The notes: generated by a model from the sequence alone, not told the origin. A stretch of 25,474 bases of DNA from Neoechinorhynchus agilis (GCA_051530055.1 JBMGUZ010000037.1:1-25474); one strand, 5' to 3'; positions 1 to 11,578 are shown, numbered from the stretch's first letter. Numbers and translations are program-made.

Positions 1-290
1 CCATGGTTTCATTTAAAGTCAAAAGGTTTATTTCGTCCTAAGGTTCTCCATTCTTAAGCATTAACTTCTTCGGTTGCTTTTCTTCATCCATTGGATTCAC
101 CTTGCTTTCATGCTCATCAGTGAGTTTCCTCCTCTCTTCGTCGAGGTATTTCGTTCCCTTTGGTTGTGAATCATCGGAGATCGTGGATTTCAACCATTTG
201 AACATTAAACAGATTCCACTGGACCACTACTACTGCACAACAACGGAATGTACAAAGTCAGCCAGTTTAATGGATTGGGATAAGTGTTGA

Positions 291-620
291 ATTCTCTTTT
301 TGTCTTCTGGCAAGTCCGTTATAGTGTTTAGAACATCTTTTACTCGGTTTTTTCTATTTTAGACACACAGCCAACCGATATCTTGGATTAGTCTAAGTGA
401 TTGAATCAATAGGAATTTCGCCTCGTGGATGAGGCATCTGAGAATCCGATGTAACGTACAAAATCATTACCGTACTTTTCAGAGTCTAAATCATTCAATC
501 ACTTAAACTGCTCCACAATATCGGTTGGCTTTGTGCCTTTAAAAAGGAAAAAGCCGAGTAAGGAATGGGTTTAACACTTAATTAATATAACCGGCTTGCC
601 AGGAGACATAAGAGAAGTAA
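291..620. repeat. Degenerate long inverted repeat (arms ~291-406 and ~493-620), MITE-like or fold-back
   Basis: 341-406 (tactcggttttttctattttagacacacagccaaccgatatcttggattagtctaagtgattgaat) is the imperfect reverse complement of 493-561 (attcaatcacttaaactgctccacaatatcggttggctttgtgcctttaaaaaggaaaaagccgagtaa). A weaker match extends to ~291-325 versus ~586-620. Confidence 0.65.
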
Positions 621-1064
621 TATTTTAAAAAAAAGCTTTGGATTACTATAAAGAGTATGGTGGAATTGAAAAGTCAGTGCCAATTCAAATAAATGCATCG
701 TTCGTACCATTTGACAAGATTTAAAACATAAAATACCACAAAATTCAAGTAAAGATATCAATTTTCTATTATAAACGGTGATCTCGCTAAAAAATTCGTC
801 AGCTCAAGCGTTAAATTGCCTCCTAAAACGATCCTTGTTTTTCGGACCGCTTAGAATTGGGTTTTCTTTGACAAAAAGAGTTTATAAAGCATTTAAGTCA
901 CGGCTCCGTCATGGTCCAAAGGACGGATTACGCAACTTTATAACTGAATCAATATGACTTTAATTTTAACCCGAGTAAATGCGTTGCTTCATTGTAACAA
1001 CAATGCGTGCTACGGAAGAATCACCGACTATGGGCAATAAACGTCACTCCACTCAACTCAATCA

Positions 1065-3827
1065 ATGAAATTAGTCCGATTGAGCGTTTTACTTTTGGTT
1101 ACCCAAGTTTCGTTTGTTCGATTGCTCAAAGTGATCGTATTTGAATCATGCGACGAAGGTAAGTGGTACGAAAATGCTGTCGACAAGTCTCAGACTCACG
1201 TGTACGTATTTGAAGCGGCTTATCAAGAAGTTTTATATAGAGCAACAACCGAGATTGTATCGTCTACTAAAGAGCCTCTTTTGTTTTCTATTCAGCAATC
1301 ACACGGTCACGAGTCATGGTCTCTGCCCGTTGATAATAAACAAAGATTTAAGAAGCTTTCTAGACCTTTATGTCCTAGAATAGGTGGTGTAGATGGATCG
1401 GTAAGGGTTGAAGTATCGACGGTATCGATTTCCCCTATCAAATACGGGTTTTCACTTGAAGCCATCTCGATGGACATAGGATCCGATGGATCGTTTGCCA
1501 CACTCACGCCAACCCATCCAGCTGTCTACATCGTCGATACGTTCAATGCGAGCACGGAAACTCTTTTGGAAGTTACGTCAAATTCAAATTCAAGTTGTTA
1601 TGTGAGTATGCAAAAATATAAATGCCCAGTTTATGATATTGAGTACATTGGACAGAGCCGAGGCGTTTTCCAAACGATGACCACACTGAGTGCGTTCACT
1701 ATTCCACCCAAATCTCGTTTGTTCATTGTTTTGACAATGACGGCCACGCAGAGCAGTGGATCGGCGTTCGAGAAGCGGGTCTTTCTAAGGACAGATAGGA
1801 GGTGCTTTTGTGATTTTTTCCCAAAATCTAAACGGAGGCAATCGGAAAATGAAATTTGTTCCCTAAATCCGAAAAATTGTACGGTTTTTTCCTTTCAAAT
1901 GTCGCCATTCAACTCAACACATTTTTGGTTCATTTTTCGCTCTAAAATACAAAAGTATCAAATAACAAAATAAGTGAATTCGATGTAAAACTAGCCATTG
2001 TTTCTCCCATAATATTCTACACAATAATTTGCCTTTTGACACTATCATGGTTCTATTGTCAAAAAGGTCTTTATGAGCATCAATTAATTGACGAATCAAT
2101 AAGAAATGAAATGGATTCAAGTGTCGATGAGGACCAAAATCCATTCTCGGTCACAAGTCCAAACTCAAGCAACGAAGTCGACTCACGGAGCGCTTTACTC
2201 ATTGGAACAACAACCGATAACCTGATCGACGAAGCCTATTTCTACCGCCGTTTCGTAAGTGTAGCCGATTTGTCATCTCATGAAGACAGTTATCTTGAAA
2301 AGAAGTTCAATGTGTACAGCCAACTTACTCTTACAGTTGCTCTTTTCTATGTAATTCCAGTGATCCAATTGGTTCTCCAATATCAGTCGACCTTGTCCAC
2401 TAGCGGAAATGAAGATATGTGTTATTTCAATTTCCTCTGCACACGAAAATACCTCTCGATCACTGCTTTTAATAACGTCTTCTCAAATATCGGCTATTGT
2501 ATCCTTGGACTCTTTTATCTACTCATTGTAATATGCCGTGATCAGCAATACTCTTACGTACGATGGATTCGCGATTTCTTCAATGTTATTCTTTCAATAA
2601 GCTCTTCTATTTATTCGATCATCTTAAAAAATAATCAGTCGGTTCGTTCTAGTGGACTTTAGGCAAAAATAGGAAACCGTGAATTTCTAAAATCCAAATA
2701 CTCGTCATGGATCCGAAATCACGGATTTTTTCTTAACATTTATTGACTATTTATAGTTAAAAGAGATATTAAAATCAAAATTGATTTATTTTTTGAATTT
2801 TTATTGGGCGAAAAATTAAGAAACCACTTTCAGCATGGTTAAGATTTGAGAATAAAGTTAATTTGTCAGTAATTTTATTCAAATTTAAGTCACTTTCAGT
2901 TTGGCAAAAATAGGAAACCGTGAATTTCTAAAATCCAAATACTCGTCATGGATCCGAAACCACGGACTTTCCCAACATTTTGGCTTACATTACGCAATGG
3001 CTATTGGTCTTTTCTTCGAAGGCATAATGAGTGCTTGTTACCACGTTTGCCCTAGCCGACGAAATTTTCAATTCGACACCACATTTATGTATGTAATCGC
3101 GATATTGAACGTCCTTAAAATATACGAAGGTCGGCATCCGGATATAAACCCCCATGCCTATACAACATTCTCATTTCTTGCTCTGGTGATTTTGGCAGTT
3201 GTGGTTGGGGCATACTTCTCGATCTCCGGATTCTGGTACATCATGGCAGCTATTCATGGATCCACTTGCATTGTCCTGGCCACAAAAGTCTACTACATGA
3301 GTCGCCTCAAGTTCAACTCTCGAATATTGGCCCAACTTTGGTATTTAATGAGCGAAAACGGTCTATGCACTAAACCCAGGCATTTGGACCGTTTTATTCT
3401 TATTGTAATATTCATTTTGACAAACATTGGTTATGCCATCTACCGGGTACTCGATCCACCGAACACCCTCGCGGACCATCTCGTCTTTGTATGCCTAGGA
3501 AATCTCGCATTCTACCTCGTTTGGTATGTAATGATGAAAATGCACTACCGTGAACCGTTCACTTTTGCTGCCAAAGTATCGTTCGGTCTTGCAAGTGTCC
3601 TATGGTCGTCTTCTTTCTTCTTGTTCAATCAGAAACTAAAATCGTGGAACGTCGAACCGGCTACTTCCAGAAGTCTTAACGCAAATTGCATACTTTTCAA
3701 CTTTTACGACATTCATGACCTCTGGCATCTTGTTTCTTCACTAGCAATATTCTTCACATTTCTAGCAGTCATGACAATCGACGATGGAATTCGGATGTGG
3801 AAACGTGACCAAATCCATGTTTTTTGA
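1065..3827 (+). CDS. SIDT: SID-1/SIDT family multi-pass membrane protein (CREST superfamily), spliced
   Basis: Hydrophobic N-terminal signal peptide and ectodomain in ORF 1065-. Family motifs CYFNFLC, AFNNVFSNIGY, HFGLHYAMAIGLFFEGIMSACYHVCPS and YDIHDLWH. Intron 1802-1974 (GT..AG) restores the frame (..RTDR-S-EFDVKLAIV). A second donor is likely at 2558, but the junction to the 2901-3827 exon is unresolved. Confidence 0.92.
2662..2966 (+). repeat. 64-bp direct duplication of the start of the last SIDT coding exon (2662-2725 and 2903-2966)
   Basis: ggcaaaaataggaaaccgtgaatttctaaaatccaaatactcgtcatggatccgaaa(t/c)cacgga occurs twice, 241 bp apart, with one mismatch. Confidence 0.95.
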
Positions 3828-3883
3828 ATTTAAACTTGTAAACAAATGCCATATGAAAGCGTGAGTGGACACCGTTTGTCATT

Positions 3884-4138
3884 AAATGTTCACTCACAAA
3901 AAGAGAGAGATTTTAAATTTCAAAATCAATTGCTCCTTTCAATTAATATAAATTCCTTGATTCGCAAACTGAAATAAATTTGGGGAATTTTCAAGTTAAT
4001 AGCCCAAAACTTGAATTACGGAGAAACGTTCCAATTGAACAAATGTTCACCCGCAAAAAGAGAGAGATTTTAAATTTCAAAATCAATTGCTCCTTTCAAT
4101 TAATATAAATTCCTTGATTCGCGAACTGAAATAAATTT
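3884..4138. repeat. Two-copy ~100-bp direct repeat downstream of SIDT
   Basis: aaatgttcac..caaaaagagagagattttaaatttcaaaatcaattgctcctttcaattaatataaattccttgattcgc(a/g)aactgaaataaattt at ~3884-3981 and ~4041-4138. Confidence 0.9.
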
Positions 4139-4485
4139 GAGGAATTGGAAATAATACTAATTATTTCAACTTTCTTTGCCGGGTGATCAAGAAGCCTAAA
4201 TTAAGTTCTCATTTGCTTACTTTTTGTCATCGATCATGTCGTGCAGAAATGTCTGCAATGCGAATATAATCATAACAGCGATAGATTTTAGGCAAGGATG
4301 GATAGTCATTTTAAAGCTGAACTCGGAGAATGCATGTTGAATGGGCAAATATCATCCATCTACCCGAAGGATTATCGATCATTTTTAGCACGGGAACCAT
4401 GTATCTTTGGATTCGTGCTGTTTCATTGAGACTGAATTCGAAAAGAGCTGCATGTCGCCGCATGTACATGAGCCTTTCCTCCGAT

Positions 4486-5555
4486 TCAGGCCTTAGACTC
4501 ATGGGTTGATTGTGCGATGGCAAAAAATGATTTTTTATATAGTGTGGTGCGAGGGAGAGGCGGATTGAATCTGTTCGTGCATCGTGTGTTTCGGACGGGT
4601 TCCCTTGGCGAGATGAACGGGAGAAATTTAGATGGAAGGGAACGCAGGGAGGTAATGTATTTATCGAAGATTTTGCAAAGGTGTTCTTCGATTGGTGGGA
4701 GGTCCTTGGAGCAAATTTTGCAGGCTCGTTTATTTAGAGAGGAAAGCAAGTGCAGTTGATGGATGGTTGGGCATGCATATGAGATTGCGGGGACCACAAC
4801 AGACCAATAGAAATGTGCTAGATCGCGTGGGCTGACTCTGAGGAAACGCAAGCGTTTGATTAAATGCAATTTAGCAGTGGCTTTTGCTACGATGGCATTA
4901 ATGCGGATGTCCCATTTGAGGTTGTGTTGGAAGATTAGGCCCAGAATGCGAAGCGATGTGACGCGTTGGATATCGAGAGGGAGCGGTGGAATATTAGTCC
5001 TAGGTTTTCGAAGCGACGGAATAAGTTCATAAGATTTGGAGAAATTAATTGAGAGTTGATGGGTGGTGCAAAAATCTTTAAGATTTTCAATCTATGTGGA
5101 CGTGAGGTTGAGCGAGAGTGATGGAGGAGCATGGGTTATGATGGTTAGGCCATCCGCATAAAAGAAATATTTTGCGGGCGTTGAGAGGGGTGTAAGGTCG
5201 TTGAGGAAGATATCGAAAAGTAAGGGCGATAGTATAGCTTCTTGGGGATCACCGCAATGTATTGGAAGCTTCGTTGTGCAGGTATTGCCGCATTGAAAAT
5301 ATTGCGACCGGTTTGCGAGAAAAGAAGTGAGCCAGCTTATTTGCCAGGGTAAGAAGCCAAACTTCCCGCAGGCCTTAACGAGAAAATCGTGACCTACAGA
5401 GTCAAAGGCCTTGGCAAGATCCACATGGATGAGGTGACAAACGAAAGACGGTTCTTGGTCAAGATTGCGCAAGATCGAATCGTAAATGCACAAGAGGGCG
5501 TCGGTACAACAGAATCCTGGTCGGAAGCCGAATTGATTAGACGAAATGTTTTGTA
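4486..5555 (-). mobile_element. 5'-truncated, inactivated non-LTR retrotransposon (CR1/L2-like) reverse transcriptase fragment
   Basis: One minus-strand frame reads NQFGFRPG..TDAL, VDLAKAFDSV, GDPQEAILSPLLF (degenerate GVPQGS), YADG (degenerate YADD), a premature TAG at 5092-5094, then in-frame LGLIFQHNLKWDIRIN..LHLIKRLR..FYWSVVVPAISYACP..RTTLYKKSFF. Confidence 0.9.
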
Positions 5556-5775
5556 AAAAGATGGGGAGGATGCGAGTTTTGAAATATTTTTCAAAATTTT
5601 TAGAAAACGGCGGGAGTAGAGATATAGGGCGAAAGGAAGTCGCCCAAAACTTGAATTATGGAGAAATGTCATCAATTGAACGTAAATCAGTACAATTCAA
5701 AAAACTACGAATCTCTAAATACTAAAGAAAACTTCTCACTGATATCTTGAATAGGTTTTTAATTGATTTTCGAAA

Positions 5776-6454
5776 TCAATGCATATTTCTAAGTCTAGCC
5801 AAACGCTGACTAAGATCATCCTGTAGTTCTTCAGCTAAAGTCTTTTGTTGCTGCTTCTTGTCGACTTGCGTGACCATGGCGTCCGATTGAACACTCGTAT
5901 CGTTCATCGAAGGAAGCTCATGTCTTAAATCGATCCCAATTTCATCAGCTGCTTTACTAAGAACCTCATCCACCTCCGACACAGGAGTGGTAGAAGTGAT
6001 GGAACTTTGCATTGCGCGATCCATGCAGTCGGCTTGGACATCGAGTGATTCAAACTGTGACTCAAATCGATCCATGAGCTGACATACGTGAGAAAGGTCC
6101 ATTTTCTTTGCCGCTGAATCCATAGTTCTCACAATGTTGGCCATGGATTTACTAACTTGACCCATGGACGCTGCCATTTGAACTCGTTGACTGACCGCTT
6201 CAACTCGTGAAGCCATTCGTCTTAAGAAAAATTAATATAAAATACGATTAAAAGAAAAATATGTACTTAAAATTAAGACTTTGATTCTTATTTCGAATTG
6301 CATTCTCCGCGTATATCTTAGCGCCTTCAGTGTTACCGCGCTGAAGAGCCTTCTTCAGTTTCGTATATTCTTCCTTTTGAGCCCGATCACAAGCCTTTGC
6401 TTGACATTTAAGCTGAAGAGACGCAAGCTTCAGATTACAGGCGTGGGTCTCCAT
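5776..6454 (-). CDS. CHMP1: ESCRT-III accessory subunit CHMP1/Did2 (CHMP1B-like), two coding exons
   Basis: METHACNLKL..KKALQRGNTEGAKIYAENAIRNKNQSLNF joined by a 46-nt GT-AG intron (6221-6266) to RMASRVEAVSQRVQMA..FESQFESLDVQ and a C-terminal MIM-type DDLSQRLARLR. Confidence 0.93.
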
Positions 6455-7463
6455 TTTAAATCTAAAATTCGGTTTTCGTCTTCAAAAAATTAGTTGAATA
6501 ATTAAACGTTTTTTTAGATAAAGTGCCGAGGATTCGTCTAGTAAAAATCGAACTGTAAATGTCAGATTACAGGCGTGTTTCTCCATTTTAAATCTAAAAT
6601 TCGGTTTTCTTCAAAAAATTAGCTGAATAATTAAACGTTTTTTTAGATAAAGTGCCGAGGATTCGTCCAGTAAAAATCGAACTGCAAATGTCAGATTACA
6701 GGCGTGTTTCTCCATTTTAAATCTAAAATTCGGTTTTCTTCAAAAAATTAGCTGAATAATTAAACGTTTTTTTAGATAAAGTGCCGAGGATTCGTCCAGT
6801 AAAAATCGAACTGCAAATGTCAGATTACAGGCGTGGGTCTCCATTTTAAATCTAAAATTCGGTTTTCTTCAAAAAATTAGTTGAGTAATTAAACGTTTTT
6901 TTAGATAAAGTGCCGAGGATTCGCCTAGTAAAAATCGAACTGTAAATGTCAGATTACAGGCGTGGGTCTCCATTTTAAATCTAAAATTCGGTTTTCGTCT
7001 TCAAAAAATTAGTTGAATAATTAAACGTTTTTTTAGATAAAGTGCCGAGGATTCGTCTAGTAAAAATCGAACTGTAAATGTCAGATTACAGGCGTGTTTC
7101 TCCATTTTAAATCTAAAATTCGGTTTTCTTCAAAAAATTAGCTGAATAATTAAACGTTTTTTTAGATAAAGTGCCGAGGATTCGTCTAGTAAAAATCGAA
7201 CTGCAAATGTCAGATTACAGGCGTGGGTCTCCATTTTAAATCTAAAATTCGGTTTTCTTCGTCAAAAAATTAGTTGAATAATTAAACGTTTTTTTAGATA
7301 AAGTGCCGAAGATTCGTCTAGTAAAAATCGAACTGCAAATGTCAGATTACAGGCGTGTTTCTCCATTTTAAATCTAAAATTCGGTTTTCTTCAAAAAATT
7401 AGTTGAATAATTAAACGTTTTTTAGATAAAGTGCCGAGGATTCGTCCAGTAAAAATCGAACTG
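6430..7463 (-). repeat. Tandem array of 8 copies (129/132 bp) containing the CHMP1 start codon, first 8 codons and upstream leader
   Basis: cagattacaggcgtg begins at 6431, 6563, 6692, 6821, 6950, 7082, 7211 and 7343. Confidence 0.97.
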
Positions 7464-7684
7464 TGGATATTCATTGATCGCGAACCCGATCCAATGAAAA
7501 TCGAATTGTTCGTCTTTTATTTCTTTCGTTCCTTTCATACGGCTATGAATTTGTGTATCCCTTCGGATATTCTGAATTACCGAGGTTGCTTTTACTCGCT
7601 TCATCGCGAAATATTCAATAAAAAAAGTTTAATAATAACTCTATCATCCTAAAGGATTTTCTGTCTATGGTTTTAATAGTTTTG

Positions 7685-8097
7685 TACACTAATCGATAAA
7701 ATTTATTTCCTCAAACGCCTCCGACATTTAGGAATCCTTTCACCCGATCTCTACAAATTTTTCTTCTGCTTTGTCTTACCATCCCTCACCCACGGTTATC
7801 CCTTATTTTGCAACCTTTCCAAATCTCAAACCCATCGTCTTGAAATGTTTCATAAAAGAGCATCTAAAATTTGCACAGCTGACTTTTCCAATCTCACCGA
7901 ATGCCTTGATGCTATTTTCATAAGACAATCAAAACGCCTATCGACCATGCAACTACCATAATTTTTACCAAATATCGCTTCCTTTTCACACGAACACAAC
8001 ACTCGTAATCCTAATTCGTTTCACCCTCTCTTAACCTCGCACCTCCCTAAATCTACGCTCCTTTTTTCATGCTGCCAAATCTTCTCGGATATCATAA
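7685..8097 (+). mobile_element. Second CR1/L2-like LINE 3' fragment, not in the ORF track
   Basis: Translates IYFLKRLRHLGILSPDLYKFFFCFVLPSLTHGYPLFCNLSKSQTHRLEMFHKRASKIC..MQLP*FLPNI..HNTRNPNSF. This is colinear with the C-terminal part of the 4486-4869 fragment (LIKRLRFLRVSPRDL..NKRACKIC..FLPFI..RNTRCTNRF). Confidence 0.8.
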
Positions 8098-8357
8098 CCT
8101 GAAATGATTCGGAGGAAAGACTAACCTTACAAGCGCTTTTGCAAGCACGTCAGAATTGACCAAGAGTCCAGAAAAAAACGGATTTAACATCCTCGTTGGT
8201 CGGTTAGTCCATAAGAATGAAAAAACCTTAAGAAAATGTAAGAAATTATCCGACATGAAATATCTTCAAAGAATCAGTGAAATAAAAATCAGCGAGATGT
8301 AGTAAATAACCAAAAGAAAGTACTTTTTATCACGAAGACAATTAACCAAGACATATT

Positions 8358-10771
8358 TTATTTACTCGTATCTTTCTCTCCAATCGCCCCATCTCCTTTT
8401 TTTGCATATAGAAACGTTCTTTTAAACTTCTTTGGATTGATACCAAACGCTCGAAGACGGTCATCGTTAGGAATTCCACATTGACTCAAATTTACGCGAT
8501 TAATTGAGGACTCGGTATTTCTATCAGTTCCGGACTTCTCTTTGTCATAAACACTTTTTAGTATCCTTTTCTTCCTAGAATCTGATTTTCGCCGTGCATA
8601 AGATTTCTTTTCGAACAGCTCAGTCTGCTCGCTTCTGTATTGGACGCATTTTTTCAGAGATGACCACCGATTTAGTTCACGATCTTCGGCAAATAGAATT
8701 TCGTCGTAATTAAGACCAAAGTCATTTGGAACAACTTCACGGTACTTAAAGCGACATCCAATGTCACCACCAACAACATCTTCAAAATCACTGTCCATAT
8801 TGACTTCATCGTTCTCCTCAACTTTTCCTAATCTCTTATTAAACGGCAGTATTCGTCGTAGTTAATATTTTACGATAAACTTTTGCAAATGATATTAGGG
8901 CAAAATTGAAAAGGTTCGATGATGAAGAGCAAAAAAAAATCAAAATTCTCTTAATTTCAGAATAATGTCGTATGTAGCCTTCTTTTTCTCTTTTCTCCTT
9001 TTCCGTCTAGACCTCACGGACTCCTGAACGCGCTCCTCGTCCAAAGTCGGATCATGCGTTTCGTACAAAGTTTCCTGTTCAATTTCATTCAAATCTTCGT
9101 CTTCAACCTCTGGCCTTTCTTTACTTTCCTCTAGTGCATAATAATCATCATTGAACACTTCTTGCATCCGTTTGTCATGCTCGTTCGGATCGAATTCATC
9201 ACGGTCAAGGTCTTCGATTCCTAATCCAAACTTCTCATCGCCTGCTATTGCCTTCAAGGCGTCCAGCCTCTGCTGTAACGTCGACGGATGTTACATTCAC
9301 TATTCCGTTGAACATCATTCGACCTCTAAATCTTTTCTCTTCAAAGCATTCATACGCTTGATTTCCTGCAAAAAATGCTCTTTCTCCTTAGCCTTCCGTT
9401 CACGCCTCTCCAATCGCTTTTGCTTTCTTCGCTCGTCTTTTTTTCTCACAGAATGAGCAATCGTTCGAGGGTATTGCTTTATAAATTCTGGATCGGGCTC
9501 TTGAAAACGGAAATTATATTTACGTTCAAAGAGATCCGCTTCATCAGATGACGATTCGGACGGCGACGATGAAGCCGTGGATGGTGATTGCTTGTATGGT
9601 TGATCAAGCACAAAATATTTTAAACATTTCTCATCTTCATCTAACTGTGGGTTACTCCAATAGTCACGAAGGTAATTTATGTCTTGGACTAATTTATTGT
9701 CCATGGGAATATCTTTGCCCTTCAACCATAAACGGTAAGAGTCTTCGTCTTCTTTCTAAAGGCGTTAGCTCAAAAAATACGAATTTAAAATCCTTGACTC
9801 TTACCTTCGCTTTCTCGCTCTTTTTCTTGATCTTTAAAAACTCAACACCATCATTTTCAATTTCATCACCATGTTTCTTAAACAATTCCTTACATTCCCT
9901 TAACTTTGTCTCATAATCTCCTTCACGACTAACAACTTTTTCGCCTTTCGTATCCTCTTCTGGATCCCTAAATTGGATCTATTTAAAACAGACCGTTAGT
10001 GTTGGTTGTTTTGTTGGCGTAAAGATTATATTTTAAAATCCGATTGCTTGTAAGTTGTTTGTTTTTTCAACTGTGTTAAACTTTCAAAACAACCTTGTGA
10101 TAAACGCGTTCACATGATTGTGTGTGCTTTCGAAACCAATGGCCAAGACTGCCTTCCTACGCCAAAACATTGGTCTTGTGACCGAAAAGAGGAGACGCAG
10201 CGAGTGTGGTCGCGACCACTAAGGGGAGAGCGATGCCTGTTCTTCGTGGACGTTTTCAAGTGTCTACTAAATTTCATCTTTACGCCAACAAATATGAACA
10301 ATTCAATCTTCAAACACACACTTCCGTTAGAGTAAGCGAATCACTAACCCCGCTAAAGCGTACTCAATCTCGGCATCCTTGAGCGTGAACGGTTTCTCCG
10401 TAGTCTCACGTCGCTCTCCCACAATCGGCTTAGTGAAGGCAACAAAGTCAGGATCGTATATCCGTTTATCCTTTTGTTTCAAAAGAGAATACGTTCGAAG
10501 GAACTCTTTTTCGGTTTCACTGTCGAAATCTTCCACGTACGAGTCCGACGAATCCTCGTCTAACTTAAGATCACCGTACTTGCTCTTCACTGTTTTATGA
10601 ACATAAAATACAACTTATGAACTCTCGAGAATCAAAGATACTACATTTTGAAAGCTCTTCTTTTTGACGCCAATCGGAGTATTTCTTAGAGTAATCCTCG
10701 TTTAAAGAGAACCCTACGGTTTCATCTGGGTCTTTGAACAATTCTGTTTGGTTTTTTGTTTCGGATGGCAT
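8358..10771 (-). CDS. KRI1: KRI1 homolog (40S ribosome biogenesis), about 6 exons
   Basis: Motifs [97 protein letters not shown] and LNRWSSLKK. In-frame GT-AG introns at 10590-10644, 9968-10348, 9756-9804 and 9273-9323. The last junction (~8835-9017) is unresolved. The start could be 10771 or 10786. Confidence 0.92.
10010..10292. other. 283-bp structured element bounded by a perfect 17-bp inverted repeat inside the long KRI1 intron (MITE or intronic ncRNA candidate)
   Basis: tttgttggcgtaaagat (10010-10026) versus atctttacgccaacaaa (10276-10292). Internal 14-bp palindrome gtggtcgcgaccac at 10206-10219. Confidence 0.55.
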
Positions 10772-11578
10772 CTGAAATCGGAGCATTAAGTTTCAAGGAT
10801 TTGGTTTTCGTGTTTAACATAAACAAGGCGGAATTCTACGTATACAAAAATGATTCAGTTGAACACAATAATTGTCACATTTTGATAGTTTCTTTAATGA
10901 CTTCCTAGATTTCTATTATTTATATTCTAAACGTGCAAATAAAGAGAAAAAATAGTGGTATTTAGTATTAGAAAGAACAGTCCTTTAAATTTAGTTCGTG
11001 CAAATTAAAAATTTTAAATATCAAAACACTGCTCCATTGCTTCGAGAATCCAGTATTCACTTTCTGATTATCTGATAAAAATAGTTTTGTTGATGCGACC
11101 AACCATTTTCAAAAACATTGGTTAAAAATTCTGCTTAGTCCGACGGTACCGATTGGCTCAATGGCGAGAGAGGTTATAAAAAAATGTAGAGCGAGACGAA
11201 TCGAGGCATTTGTATGAATTAATTTAACTTAAGCATATACATCAAAGGAATTCACAAAAGTGCCGATTGGGAACATTTTTATCCTTCATTGCCTCGAGGA
11301 TCCAAAAAAATAGTTGACTTCCCCATTTGTTGCTGTTGCGACTAACCATTTTCGTCCGACGGCGGAGAGATAATAAAAAAATACAGATCGACTGAACAAG
11401 GCTAGATAATACTTTTTTCTATTCTAAAACGATTTTACCTCTAGCTCTAATCGAATCAATTGGAATTTTAAATAGACGATGAAAACAACGCCTAAAATTC
11501 AATCGCGATGGGCGATGGCAAGATTTGGCGAAGGGTAGGATTAAGAAAGCGATAAATAAAAGATTTAACTATTCGTGC

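Noticed and set aside
4002-5681. ~39-bp direct repeat (gcccaaaacttgaatta(c/t)ggagaaa..caattgaac) on both sides of the LINE fragment as a target-site duplication
   Set aside because: Too long, diverged, and ~90-450 bp from the element ends. More likely a separate dispersed repeat.
8100-8330. Coding-like plus-strand stretch (..ELTKSPEKNGFNILVGRLVHKNEKTLRKC..EM*)
   Set aside because: Needs a frameshift, has no recognisable family and no clear start. It may be a remnant but is unsupported.
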